Source of the DNA: Stanieria cyanosphaera PCC 7437
GTDB taxonomy: Bacteria; Cyanobacteriota; Cyanobacteriia; Cyanobacteriales; Xenococcaceae
NCBI RefSeq assembly: GCF_000317575.1
Contig: NC_019748.1
Span: forward strand, 2,299,199-2,363,198
Length of the DNA: 64,000 nucleotides
Reading direction: 5' to 3'
Of the stretch, positions 51,997-62,357 are shown piece after piece. Position numbers and translations under genes: made by a program. Position 1 is the first letter of the stretch, and each line of letters begins with the position of its first letter. The notes beneath the pieces are model-generated. The model was not told the DNA's origin. It did no database searches and saw nothing but the letters and a program-made list of their open reading frames with translations.

Positions 51997-52410
51997 TTAA
52001 GCAACTCTACCTTCAGTAGGGCCAGAAATTGCTTTCCAACCGGCTAATCCGCCTTGAAGACGAGAAACATTTTCAAAACCTGCTGAAACAAATTGCTCGA
52101 CTGCTGATTGTGCTTGTTCGTCATTATCGCCATAAATATAAAGTTCACGACGAGTAGAAAGACTATTCATCAATCTACCTAAAGTTTCTTCAGAGTCGAT
52201 TGGTACAGCACCCAAAATTCGTTCGGTATTAAAAGAATCGCGGTCGCGAGCATCCGCAATAGTAAATGCTGGTTCTCCCCAATCTAATCTTTCTTTTAAT
52301 GCTTGTGCGCTTGATACTGGTTTTTGTTGTTCTGGAGCAGTAGGAAGAACGTTTGCTAGATTGTCTTTAGTTTCTAAGATGCGTTTTGCTTCTGCTTTGG
52401 GTTCTGACAT
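51997..52410 (-). CDS. rhodanese-like domain protein with catalytic Cys replaced by Asp (probably inactive)
   Basis: LYIYGDNDEQAQSA occupies the CxxGxR active-site loop position. 137 aa. Confidence 0.6.
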   Translation of the reverse strand: MSEPKAEAKRILETKDNLANVLPTAPEQQKPVSSAQALKERLDWGEPAFTIADARDRDSFNTERILGAVPIDSEETLGRLMNSLSTRRELYIYGDNDEQAQSAVEQFVSAGFENVSRLQGGLAGWKAISGPTEGRVA

Positions 52411-52850
52411 GACAATAATTTTTCTTTAATTAACTTTGTTATTGTTCATTAAGACAAAAAAAATTTTAGAAAAACTCCATCAAAAGCAATACTTTGAAAC
52501 TGCTCCCACTAAAATTAGAAAAGTTATTAATTGATCTCTAGCTTGGAGTAAAGGAAATAATCGAGATCTAGCAATTCTAAAATTGATGAGGTACAGATTT
52601 AATTTTTTTAAGGCCCGACTCAGAAGTTAAGTTTACCTAGTAAATTAAGAAACGGTATATTTAACTAAGTAATAATCAACTCACAAAAATAATTAAAGTT
52701 TTGAAAATATCAGGATTTTGTTTTAAATCAAGCTAAAAATTAGTAATATTAACTACTTAAAGAATAGTTATGATTGTCCTAAATGATTTACATACGATAA
52801 TATTTCCTATTAAGCCTTGGACTAGAAAGTTTCTAAAATAGAGAGGTAGT

Positions 52851-53534
52851 TTGATGAAAATTCTCGTAGTTGAAGATGACGAGCGTATTAGTGATGCGAT
52901 CGCGGAATATCTTTCAGATCAGCATTATGCCGTAGAGACAGCTTATGATGGTCAGTCTGCGTGGGAACTTTTAGATGTATTTACTTACGATCTCGTTTTG
53001 CTTGATGTAATGCTTCCCCAAATGGATGGAATTACTCTTTGTCGTAAACTGAGAACTAAAGGTCACGAAACTCCTATTTTGATGCTCACAGCCAAAGACA
53101 CTCTAAATAATAAAATAGAAGGTTTAGATGCTGGTGCTGACGATTACTTAGTTAAACCCTTTGAATTACCAGAATTATCCGCTCGCATTCGTGCTTTATT
53201 GCGCCGAGGTGGTTCTAGTACTCCTCCTGTTCTTACTTGGGGAGAATTACGTTTAGACCCCAGTACTTGTGAAGTTTTTTATCACGAAGAATTGCTTCCC
53301 TTGAGTCCGAAAGAATATAAACTTTTGGAATTCTTTTTACGTAATGGCAGAAGAGTATTTAGTCGCGCTCAGATTCTAGAACATCTGTGGCCGTTTGAAC
53401 AAGTACCAGAAGAGGCAACTGTCAAAGCTCATATTCGAGGTTTAAGACAAAAACTCGAATCAGCAGGCGCTCCCCACGATCTGATTGAAACTGTTTATGG
53501 TTTGGGTTATCGACTTAAAGAACAACCAGAATAA
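52851..53534 (+). CDS. OmpR-family response regulator (REC plus winged-helix)
   Basis: MKILVVEDDERI, LLDVMLPQMDG, and C-terminal trans_reg_C (VYGLGYRL). Confidence 0.9.
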   Translation: MMKILVVEDDERISDAIAEYLSDQHYAVETAYDGQSAWELLDVFTYDLVLLDVMLPQMDGITLCRKLRTKGHETPILMLTAKDTLNNKIEGLDAGADDYLVKPFELPELSARIRALLRRGGSSTPPVLTWGELRLDPSTCEVFYHEELLPLSPKEYKLLEFFLRNGRRVFSRAQILEHLWPFEQVPEEATVKAHIRGLRQKLESAGAPHDLIETVYGLGYRLKEQPE

Positions 53535-53613
53535 AAAACGAAACGAAACAATTTAGCAGAAAAAAAAGTCGTTTATTTTTTAGCCCTGCTTGTAAAGAGG
53601 TTATTCACCAATA

Positions 53614-53737
53614 ATATAGCGGTTCTCAGATTAATGAGATACAGTTAATTTCCTTGGTTGAGCGTTAATAGTTGATGGTTGATGGTTGGTCGCTATGCGC
53701 ACCTTCGGTGAGGTTAATTATTCATCCCTCATAATTA
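53614..53737 (-). mobile_element. MITE-like small repeat, copy C (full length, minus orientation)
   Basis: Its reverse complement matches copy A at both ends and copy B over the 5' half. Confidence 0.55.
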
Positions 53738-53782
53738 GTAATTAGTAATTAGTAATTAGTAACTGATAACTGATAATTGTTT
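53735..53782. repeat. heptamer tandem repeats (TAATTAG)x4 followed by (TAACTGA)x2
   Basis: Seen directly in sequence, abutting MITE-like copy C. Confidence 0.85.
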
Positions 53783-53857
53783 TAGGTGTAGAGGATAGCT
53801 GATGACAATAAAAGATCAATTTGTTTAGGTAATTGAAAGCTTACTTTCATTAAATTA

Positions 53858-55210
53858 TTGGCTATGTTTCAAAGTTTACGTTGGCGACTGCTTCTTTCTT
53901 ACTTAACAGTAATGGCAGCAATTTTAAGTGTATTTGGCATGGGTGTTTATGTATTTTTTAGTCGCAATCTCTACCGTCAGTTAGACAAAAAATTATTAAC
54001 CTTAGCTCAATCTGCTGCTCCCGCTTTTACCGAAGTAGAAAAAACAGGTAGTAGTTATCTCAATCAGGTAGATAAAGTTCCTTGGCGAGATATTTTTAAC
54101 CGCGATAAACAAAGTTTAGAATGGTTTGATGCCAAAGGTAATTTGTTGGGAAGTAAAGGGTTTATTCAATTAGAACTTCCTCCTGTGACTGGCGCAGCTA
54201 ATCTTCAACACAGAAAAACAAAATTTCCTGTTCGTGCTTATACTATTTCAGTTTTTAAAGATGGTTCTAGTCCTGATCAGCCTTCTTTAGAAGGTTATAT
54301 TAGAGCTAGTCAGTCAATTGAAGAAATTGAAGCCGTTCAAATTCAACTTTTTTGGGTATTAATTTTTGGCGGATTGATGACTCTAATTTTGATCGGTTTA
54401 GGTGGTTTTTGGTTAGCTCAAAAAGCAATCGAACCAATTGAAGAAAGTTTTCAAAAACTTAAACAATTTACTGCTGACGCATCCCATGAATTACGAGGGC
54501 CTTTAACTGCGATCAAAGCTTCTGTCGATGTGATGCAATCTCATCCCGAACGAATCCATCCTAAAGATGCTAAAAAAATTACTGCGATCGCTAGTGCTAC
54601 TACTCAAATGAGTCATTTAATTGAAGATTTGCTGTTTTTAGCCCGAACAGATAAGGCAGTAGTTATTCCTGACCGCGAGAAAAAACCTGTTTTGCTTAAT
54701 ACCATTCTTCAAAATATTATTACTCTGCTTGAACCTTTCGCCCAAAATAAAGATATAGCTTTAAAAGCTGATTTTTTATTAGAAGTATTAGTATTAGGCG
54801 ACCAATCTCAACTTACTCGTCTTTTTTCTAATTTAGTTGAAAATGCACTGCAATACACTCCTGCTGGAGGAGAAGTTAGGATTCATCTTCACAAACAAAA
54901 CCGTTATGTAGTTGTGAGTGTTAAAGATACAGGAATTGGAATTGCACCAGATCAAATTCCGTTTGTCTTTGACCGCTTTTGGCGTGCTGATAAAGCTCGT
55001 TCTCGTCGTGAAGGAGGTACTGGTTTAGGATTAGCTATTGCCACTGCGATCGCGAAAAGTCATGGCGGAAAAATTACAGTCAGCAGTGAACTAGATGTGG
55101 GCAGTTGTTTTCAAGTGCGAATTCCGATGTTAATAGTTAGTGGCGCAACTAAACCAGAAAAAAAGGTATTGCAAAAACAGCCTTTGATTGAGGCTGAAAC
55201 AACTGATTGA
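53858..55210 (+). CDS. sensor histidine kinase (2 TM, HAMP-like, HisKA, HATPase_c), partner of the OmpR regulator
   Basis: H-box FTADASHELRGPLTAI. N-box LVENALQYT. G-boxes DTGIGI and GTGLGLAIA. Confidence 0.85.
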   Translation: MAMFQSLRWRLLLSYLTVMAAILSVFGMGVYVFFSRNLYRQLDKKLLTLAQSAAPAFTEVEKTGSSYLNQVDKVPWRDIFNRDKQSLEWFDAKGNLLGSKGFIQLELPPVTGAANLQHRKTKFPVRAYTISVFKDGSSPDQPSLEGYIRASQSIEEIEAVQIQLFWVLIFGGLMTLILIGLGGFWLAQKAIEPIEESFQKLKQFTADASHELRGPLTAIKASVDVMQSHPERIHPKDAKKITAIASATTQMSHLIEDLLFLARTDKAVVIPDREKKPVLLNTILQNIITLLEPFAQNKDIALKADFLLEVLVLGDQSQLTRLFSNLVENALQYTPAGGEVRIHLHKQNRYVVVSVKDTGIGIAPDQIPFVFDRFWRADKARSRREGGTGLGLAIATAIAKSHGGKITVSSELDVGSCFQVRIPMLIVSGATKPEKKVLQKQPLIEAETTD

Positions 55211-55233
55211 TAACTTTTTTGATTTTAGTCAGA

Positions 55234-55443
55234 TTAAACTTTAGTTGCCCGATTGGCAGTATTTCTTTCGAGATCACGGACTTTTTTGCCACGCCAAAAT
55301 AAACGGATCGGTGTACCAGAAAAACCCAATTGTTCACGGAATTGTCGGTCGATATAACGATGATAGCCTTCATTAAAACGCTTTGGATCGTTGACAAATA
55401 GAGCGATCGCAGGAGGTTGAGAACTAACCTGTTTAAATACCAA
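55234..55443 (-). pseudogene. der: 3'-terminal remnant of der (engA) GTPase gene, encoding only the C-terminal ~65 aa
   Basis: [11 protein letters not shown]...[28 protein letters not shown] matches the conserved C-terminal KH-like tail of EngA/Der. An in-frame stop lies two codons upstream of a TTG pseudo-start. No GTPase domains follow. Confidence 0.65.
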
Positions 55444-55675
55444 TGGCTAGAAATCAATGCTTATGAGAGCTATTCTGCTTTAGTTAAAGCTGTAGAAAAC
55501 ATCCTTATAAACTTTGGGACAAAATATACAATTAAATTTTGCGTAGGTACTTATTGGTAACTAACAGCTAAAATCATTAATTGAAAGCAATAAAAATCTT
55601 TCTATGGAATGATGTTAAATTTCATGGATTAATGCAAGGTAAAATGATATACAAAATATTAACAAGCAGGTCAAT

Positions 55676-55822
55676 ATGAAAACAACCTCACGTCAAACTT
55701 CTGAGTTAAATCCTCGTGAAAATATGACTCCATCTACAAAAACAACCTTGACTGGTTTACTAGTCATAGCTCCTCTATTTTTGATTCTTCTTGGTTTTTT
55801 TACTGGTTTTCTTAATATCTAA
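55676..55822 (+). CDS. small (48 aa) single-TM hypothetical protein
   Basis: MKTTSRQTSELNPRENMTPSTKTTLTGLLVIAPLFLILLGFFTGFLNI. Absent from the track. Weak. Confidence 0.25.
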   Translation: MKTTSRQTSELNPRENMTPSTKTTLTGLLVIAPLFLILLGFFTGFLNI

Positions 55823-56013
55823 TCTAAGTTGACATTCCCACGACTTTGTTTCTAACATCGCTCAAGTCGATGGGATTTTTTCAACAAATAGCCTTCTCTT
55901 TTCCCAAACATAACGTTAACAGAATAAGTCTCGTAGTATGGTGGGCGGTCATAAATTCGTCTACCATTTTTAGTTCGTTTTTACCAGGGAGTAGTCACCA
56001 CTCTAAATAAACA

Positions 56014-56991
56014 ATGCAAACTAATCAACAACTGCCTCTACCTATTATGGGTTGCGGAACATGGGCGTGGGGAAATCGACTGCTGTGGGGATACGAGCAA
56101 AGTATGGACGAACAATTACAGCAAGTCTTTAATCTTTGTGTGGAAAATGGCGTAACTTTATTTGATACAGGAGATTCCTATGGTACAGGTAGACTGAATG
56201 GTCGTAGTGAAATCTTATTAGGTAAATTTTCCCAGGAATATATAGGCAAAAACCAAGCCAATATTTGTTTAGCAACTAAACTCGCTCCTTATCCCTGGCG
56301 ATTAACTAGAGGTGCAATGGTAGCTGCGGGCAAAGCTTCTGCTAAACGACTAGGTAGAATTGATCTAGTTCAAATGCACTGGTCGACGGCAAATTATTTT
56401 CCTTGGCAAGAGTGGCAATTATTAGATGGTTTGGCAGAGCTTTACGAACAAGGATTAGTTAAAGGTGTCGGTTTATCCAATTATGGCCCGAAAAGACTTA
56501 AACAAGTTTATCAAAAATTTCATAACCGCAACATTCCCATTACTACTTTACAAGTTCAATATTCTCTACTCTCTACCTATCCCGTTACTGAATTAGGAGT
56601 CAAAGAGGTTTGTGATGAATTAGGAATAAAACTCATTGCTTATAGTCCTCTAGCATTAGGATTTTTAACAGGAAAATATTCAGAAAAAGATAATTTACCT
56701 ACAGGATTGCGGAGATTAGTCGGTAAACAAATTCTATCAGGAGCGCGATCGCTTTTGAATTGTTTAGCAGCAATTGCCCAATCTAAAAACAAAACTATGT
56801 CCCAAGTGGCTATTAACTGGTGTATTTGTAAAGGAACTATTCCCATTCCTGGCGCAAAAAGTCTTCAACAAGCACAGGAAAATATTGGTGCGCTTGGTTG
56901 GTTTTTGGATGCTGGTGAAGTCGAGGAATTAGATAAAGCTGCGGCGAGTGTGGATAAAGCGATGGTACAAAATATTTTTCAGAGTAACTGA
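56014..56991 (+). CDS. aldo/keto reductase family oxidoreductase
   Basis: GCGTWAWG N-terminus, and catalytic D/Y/K/H pattern in the DTGDSYG region. Confidence 0.85.
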   Translation: MQTNQQLPLPIMGCGTWAWGNRLLWGYEQSMDEQLQQVFNLCVENGVTLFDTGDSYGTGRLNGRSEILLGKFSQEYIGKNQANICLATKLAPYPWRLTRGAMVAAGKASAKRLGRIDLVQMHWSTANYFPWQEWQLLDGLAELYEQGLVKGVGLSNYGPKRLKQVYQKFHNRNIPITTLQVQYSLLSTYPVTELGVKEVCDELGIKLIAYSPLALGFLTGKYSEKDNLPTGLRRLVGKQILSGARSLLNCLAAIAQSKNKTMSQVAINWCICKGTIPIPGAKSLQQAQENIGALGWFLDAGEVEELDKAAASVDKAMVQNIFQSN

Positions 56992-57300
56992 CATCCTCAT
57001 AGCCAACAAACATGACAACAAATAAAATTTCTGATCGACAGCCAGAAAAAAAGCCAGTTACAAATAATCCCCTTGCAGAAATTGCTGGTAAATTTGGTGG
57101 AAAGTTTTGGCAACAGACACAAGAAGAAATTCAACGCTCTAGAGAAAAAGATAAGAAAGAATTAGAAACACTGTTGGATATATTTCATTGACGTTAAAGA
57201 ATTAGATAGTGCTGTTGCTAAGGTGGATAATTTTCTAACCCCTAACCTTAAAAATGTGCATTTATGCTATTATGTACAAAATAGACAGTAAATTTGAGAA

Positions 57301-57564
57301 ATGAAAAGCTACACCTTGACACAAACTCGAAATCAACACGGTGAAGTTTTTGATCAAGCTACAGTCGAACCAGTGCTAGTAACTAAGCAAAAACGACCTA
57401 GCCATGTCATTCTCTCAGCAAAAACTTATCAGCAACTCATAAATAGACTCGAAGAATTAGAAGATTTAAATTTAGGTTCATCAGCAGAAACCGCACTAAG
57501 CCAATCTTCAATGATGGGAAGTGAAGAATTTACGGCTATTTTAGAGAAACTAGCTAATGGCTAA
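57301..57564 (+). CDS. type II antitoxin, Phd/YefM family
   Basis: 87 aa. Overlaps the toxin start by 8 nt. Confidence 0.75.
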   Translation: MKSYTLTQTRNQHGEVFDQATVEPVLVTKQKRPSHVILSAKTYQQLINRLEELEDLNLGSSAETALSQSSMMGSEEFTAILEKLANG

Positions 57565-57838
57565 ACTCGATGGATTAAAAAGAGTTTTAGATTTCTTACA
57601 AGGCTTACAACCCAAGATTGCTGCTCAAATTGCCAAAAAAATCTTATCTCTAAATGTTGACCCTTTACCGACTGATAGTAAACAGTTGAAAGGATATCCT
57701 GGTTTTTATCGGGTAGATAGTGGTGAATATCGCATCGTTTATCGATTTAAATCAAAAGAGGATTTAGTAGAAATAATTTTAGTCGGTAAACGAAATGACG
57801 ATGAAGTCTATAAAAAACTAGAGCGTTTACTGGAGTAA
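57557..57838 (+). CDS. type II toxin, RelE/ParE family
   Basis: 93 aa. GYPGFYRVDSGEYRIVYRF core. C-terminal LVGKRND. Confidence 0.75.
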   Translation: MAKLDGLKRVLDFLQGLQPKIAAQIAKKILSLNVDPLPTDSKQLKGYPGFYRVDSGEYRIVYRFKSKEDLVEIILVGKRNDDEVYKKLERLLE

Positions 57839-58019
57839 TTGCCTTGCTATTTTCTTTTTCAATTATCCCCATCGCGATCGCCTAGTGGCAAGCTTTACAG
57901 AAAAAACGGGATGTTTGAAAGCCAACTAGCTTTAGCCGTTGGATCAAAAACGACTCGGCAACGGGGCTGTGGCTTGAAACTATGTTATCATTAATTACGT
58001 AGTTGGTCGATTACGCAAA

Positions 58020-59237
58020 ATGTTTGTTTTAGAGTACAAGCTTAGAGGAAAAGAATCTCAATACCGAGCAATAGACGAAGCTATTCGTACAGTTCAATTC
58101 GTGCGAAATAAATGTCTTCGTTATTGGGAAGACAACAAAGGCATAGGACAAAAGGATATTTATCGATACACGACAGTGCTTAGAAATGAATTTGATTTTG
58201 TCAAAGACCTTAACTCTACTGCTTGTCAACAAGCTTGCGAACGTACTTGGACTTCTATTCTTAAGTTTTATACTAACTGCAAGCAAAATATTCCAGGCAA
58301 AAAGGGCTACCCCAAATACTCAAAACGTACTCGTTCAGTTGAATTTAAAAAGTCAGGTTGGAAATTAAACCGAGACACCAAAAGAATCACTTTCACTGAT
58401 GGTAAAAACATTGGTGAATTAAAACTAATTGGGAGTCGAGATTTATTGTATTTCCAAGAATGGCAAATTCAACGAGTACGAATAATCAGGAGAGCCGATG
58501 GCTATTTCGTTCAGTTAATGCTTAAACTCGACCCTAGAGATATTACGTTACAGCTAGAACCTACTAAAAAATGTGTAGCAATAGATGTTGGTTTAAAATA
58601 TTTCTATTGTGATAGTAACAATGAAACAGTTGAGTGTCCTAAATACTATAGGAAAGCAGAAAAAAGATTAAATAAACTGAACAGAAGAAAAAGCAGGAAG
58701 TTTAAAAAGAATCAAAAACAGTCCAAGAATTACATTAAAGCTAGGAACAAATACGCCAAGGCTCATTTAAAAGTAACTAGGCAGCGAGAAGAGTTTGCTA
58801 AAGAAAAAGCACTCCGTTTAATACAGTCAAACGACTTAATTGCCTACGAAGATTTAAAGGTTAAAAACCTTGTGCGGAATAAAAAACTAGCTAAAAGTAT
58901 TAATGACGCTGCATGGTCACAATTAAGAAAGTGGATTGAGTATTTTGGTTTGAAGTATGGCAGACTAACAATTGCCGTACCTCCGCACTACACCACGTCA
59001 GACTGTCCTGGGTGTGGTAAAAGAGTTAAAAAATCTCTTTCTACTCGTACTCATGTATGTGATTGCGGTATACCAGTACTAGACCGAGACTACGCAGCCT
59101 CATTGTGCATTCTCCAAAAAGCTACGATAGGGCATATCGGAAGTTGGTCTAATGAGATATTAGACCTAAACGCTTGGGGAGACACAACCTCTATTCTGGT
59201 TGGTAGTAATACCTGCCAAAGTAAGTTGAGTCAGTGA
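58020..59237 (+). CDS. tnpB: IS200/IS605-family TnpB (OrfB, RNA-guided nuclease ancestor); no tnpA adjacent
   Basis: 405 aa with OrfB_IS605 N-terminus, RuvC-like core, and C-terminal zinc finger CPGCG...CDCG. Confidence 0.9.
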   Translation: MFVLEYKLRGKESQYRAIDEAIRTVQFVRNKCLRYWEDNKGIGQKDIYRYTTVLRNEFDFVKDLNSTACQQACERTWTSILKFYTNCKQNIPGKKGYPKYSKRTRSVEFKKSGWKLNRDTKRITFTDGKNIGELKLIGSRDLLYFQEWQIQRVRIIRRADGYFVQLMLKLDPRDITLQLEPTKKCVAIDVGLKYFYCDSNNETVECPKYYRKAEKRLNKLNRRKSRKFKKNQKQSKNYIKARNKYAKAHLKVTRQREEFAKEKALRLIQSNDLIAYEDLKVKNLVRNKKLAKSINDAAWSQLRKWIEYFGLKYGRLTIAVPPHYTTSDCPGCGKRVKKSLSTRTHVCDCGIPVLDRDYAASLCILQKATIGHIGSWSNEILDLNAWGDTTSILVGSNTCQSKLSQ

Positions 59238-59295
59238 ACCAAGAATCCCACGAACTTTATTCGTGCGGAGTGTCAACTAAGCGCAAATATTAATA
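59150..59295 (+). ncRNA. probable omega-RNA / right-end (RE) region of the TnpB element
   Basis: Overlaps the tnpB 3' end and continues into the hairpin CCCACGAA-CTTTA-TTCGTGCGG at 59249-59272. Extent is estimated. Confidence 0.35.
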
Positions 59296-59398
59296 AAAAA
59301 GTTTATTTTATTTAATTAAATTAAATCCTAATCAAGGAAAATTGGTAAAATCACAGGAAATCTGAATGTTTAAAAAGTTTCTCTGAGCAAGTTAAAAA

Positions 59399-62281
59399 AT
59401 GAATAAAGCTTTCTCTTCTCTTTTCCAGGTTAGTTTTTTTTCCTGCTGTTTGTTAATTGCAAATAATCCTGTGACGGCACAATCAATTAGTTCTGATGGT
59501 ACACTTCCCACACCTACAGAAATAACTCCGACAGCTACGGGAGTTGAAATTAACGGAGGAACAACTAGGGGAGGGAATTTATTTCATAGTTTCAAAGACT
59601 TTTCTGTACCAACTGGCAGCGAGGCTTTTTTTAACAATGCATCTGATGTAGTTAATATTCTCAATCGCGTTACAGGGGGGAATATTTCTTCAATTGATGG
59701 GTTATTAAGAGCGTCGGGTAGTGCGAATTTATTTTTAATCAATCCTGCGGGGATTGTTTTTGGTGAAGGTGCAAGTTTAGATATTGGTGGTTCGTTTTAT
59801 GGAAGTACTGCTGATAGTATTTTGTTTCCCGATGGCGTAGAGTTTAGTGCGACGGATACGCAGGCAGAACCGATTTTAACGATTAATGCGCCGATTGGGT
59901 TGGGTTTTCGTAATGAACCTGGGGATATTGTTAATCGTTCTAACTTTGGTTTAACTGAAACAGTGCTTGATGAAACTGTTAATCCAGCTTTGGCAGGAGT
60001 TGAGTTTACTATTCTCAATTCAGTTGGATTAGAAGTTAATCCTGGTAAAACTATAGCTTTAATTGGAGGTAACGTTTTCCTAGAAAATGCTGGAGGAATA
60101 ACTGCACCAGGAGGAAGAGTCGAATTAGGAGGATTATCTGAAGCGGGAACAATTACGATTAATAATGATGGTAGTTTAACTTTTCCTGATGTAATTGCTA
60201 GAGCAAATGTATCATTAACGGGACAATCAAGAGTAAATGTTGCTGCTGATGGTGGTGGATTTATTAATGTTAATGCTCGTAATTTAAGTTTATTAGAGCA
60301 AAGTGAATTATATGCAGGTATAGCTGAAGATAGCGGTTTTCCTACTGCACAAGCAGGAGATATTACGATTAATGCTACTGATTCAGTTCAGTTAGTTGGA
60401 AGTGGTGGAATTGTTGATAGTAATCCCTATCTATTACAGTTTAATGACTACGATACTGCAATTCGTAATTTAGTCGGATTACGTCCAGGTCTAGAGAGCG
60501 ATCGCAATTTAGATAGAAATCCTAAAGCTAATAGTACTGCGATAGGGAATGCAGGGTCAATTTTTATTAATACTAATTTATTACAAATTAGCGCTCGCGC
60601 TGGGGTAATTGCTAAAACTTATGGACAAGGTAATACAGGCAATATCAAAGTTCAAGCTAATGAAATTCAGCTTAATGGAGGAGACTTTCTCAACCAAGTA
60701 ATCAAAGGGATAGGTAATGCTGGAAATATAGATATTGAGACATCATCATTATCTGCTCAAAATTTAGCTTTTATTATTTCAAATACTTCTGGAAAGGGTA
60801 ATGCAGGCAACGTTACTATTAAAGCTGATGAACAAGTTTATTTTGATGGGAGTAATGATACTAATTTTGGTATAACTCAGTTAAATGTTCAGGTACAAGA
60901 GGAAGCAGAAGGAAACGGAGGCAATATTCAAATTGATACTGGTAATTTTGTGCTTAAAGGTGGTGCAAGAATTTTTGCTGATACTGCTGGAAAGGGTAAT
61001 GCAGGAAATGTTGTTATAAATGCTGATAATCAAGTAACACTCGAAGGAGTAGGCGAAAGAAAAAGCGAAATATTTAGTACAGTAAGCAACTCTGCTCAAG
61101 GAAATGCAGGAGATATCATTATCAATACTCAAACATTAGATATTAACAATGGTTCAATATTTTCTTATACTGCTGGGAATGGTAACGCAGGAAATATTAA
61201 GATTAATGCTACTGAACAATTTTCTTTAGATGGTAGTAATGATCCTGATAATCAAATAACTCAGTTAAATGTTCAGGTGCAAGAGAGTGCAAAAGGAAAT
61301 GGAGGCAATATTGAGATTGATACAGATAATTTATCTCTTACAGGTAATTCTTTAATATTAGGTGATACTGTTGGGGATGGCAATGCAGGAAATATTTTGA
61401 TTAATGCTAATAATCAAGTGGCACTAGAAGAAAAAAGTGAAATTGTTATTAATGTTGGTAAATCTAGTCAAGGTAATTCTGGCAATCTAGAAATTAATAC
61501 CAATTTTTTGTCTCTTAATGATGCCAAATTATTAGCCGAAACAACATCAGATTCAAGTGGTAATATTATTCTCAATATTGATGAAAATTTGACTATACAA
61601 AACAACAGTCTGATCTCTGCACGAGCTTTAAATAATGCCGACGGGGGCAATATAAATATTGATACTGATTTTATTGTCGCTTTCCCTAATCAAAACAACG
61701 ATATCATTGCCGATGCTCAACAAGGAAGTGGTGGCAAGATCACAATTAACGCTCAATCTGTTTTTGGTATCGAAGAACGTCCTTTAAATCCCATTACTAA
61801 CGATATCAATGCTAGTTCTGCACTGGGCGCACAATTTGATGGAATTGTTGAAATTATCACTCCTGATGTCGATCCTTTTCAAGAAACCTCGGAAACACCA
61901 GAAAATATTGTTGAACCAGATCAAGTAGTTGCTGGAGTCTGCGATGCTACTCAAACAGCACAAGATATCCTCGCTGGTAGAACTAATTCTTTTGTAGTTA
62001 AAGGAAAAGGTGGTATTCCGCCTACACCTGTTGAACCAATTCCTGCTGAAAACTTGGTTATCAATGGTCAATCTGTAGTACCAAATGCTCAGGTGCAGGG
62101 GAGAAGAGAAGTAGACGAGAAAGCTTTACAAGAACAATATCCACCGATTATGACATCTCAAGGTGCGATTTATCCTGCACGGGGAATAGTAAAAAATCCT
62201 GATGGTACAGTGATTTTGACTCGCTATCCTACCGATAATACTCAACGTGTTCCTAATAATTCTTCTAATTGTGGTGTTTAA
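59399..62281 (+). CDS. large exoprotein with N-terminal TPS/haemagglutination-activity domain (TpsA-like) and beta-helical GNAGN repeats
   Basis: Signal peptide, then LINPAGIVFGEGASLD (NPNGI-type motif). About 12 repeats of GxGNAGN(I/V). 960 aa. Confidence 0.75.
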   Translation: MNKAFSSLFQVSFFSCCLLIANNPVTAQSISSDGTLPTPTEITPTATGVEINGGTTRGGNLFHSFKDFSVPTGSEAFFNNASDVVNILNRVTGGNISSIDGLLRASGSANLFLINPAGIVFGEGASLDIGGSFYGSTADSILFPDGVEFSATDTQAEPILTINAPIGLGFRNEPGDIVNRSNFGLTETVLDETVNPALAGVEFTILNSVGLEVNPGKTIALIGGNVFLENAGGITAPGGRVELGGLSEAGTITINNDGSLTFPDVIARANVSLTGQSRVNVAADGGGFINVNARNLSLLEQSELYAGIAEDSGFPTAQAGDITINATDSVQLVGSGGIVDSNPYLLQFNDYDTAIRNLVGLRPGLESDRNLDRNPKANSTAIGNAGSIFINTNLLQISARAGVIAKTYGQGNTGNIKVQANEIQLNGGDFLNQVIKGIGNAGNIDIETSSLSAQNLAFIISNTSGKGNAGNVTIKADEQVYFDGSNDTNFGITQLNVQVQEEAEGNGGNIQIDTGNFVLKGGARIFADTAGKGNAGNVVINADNQVTLEGVGERKSEIFSTVSNSAQGNAGDIIINTQTLDINNGSIFSYTAGNGNAGNIKINATEQFSLDGSNDPDNQITQLNVQVQESAKGNGGNIEIDTDNLSLTGNSLILGDTVGDGNAGNILINANNQVALEEKSEIVINVGKSSQGNSGNLEINTNFLSLNDAKLLAETTSDSSGNIILNIDENLTIQNNSLISARALNNADGGNINIDTDFIVAFPNQNNDIIADAQQGSGGKITINAQSVFGIEERPLNPITNDINASSALGAQFDGIVEIITPDVDPFQETSETPENIVEPDQVVAGVCDATQTAQDILAGRTNSFVVKGKGGIPPTPVEPIPAENLVINGQSVVPNAQVQGRREVDEKALQEQYPPIMTSQGAIYPARGIVKNPDGTVILTRYPTDNTQRVPNNSSNCGV

Positions 62282-62357
62282 CCTCAAAAAATTCTCAAAA
62301 TGCCATGACAATCTCAATTAAACTTGACTAAGTTTTGATACTTTTTAGAAGTACAAA

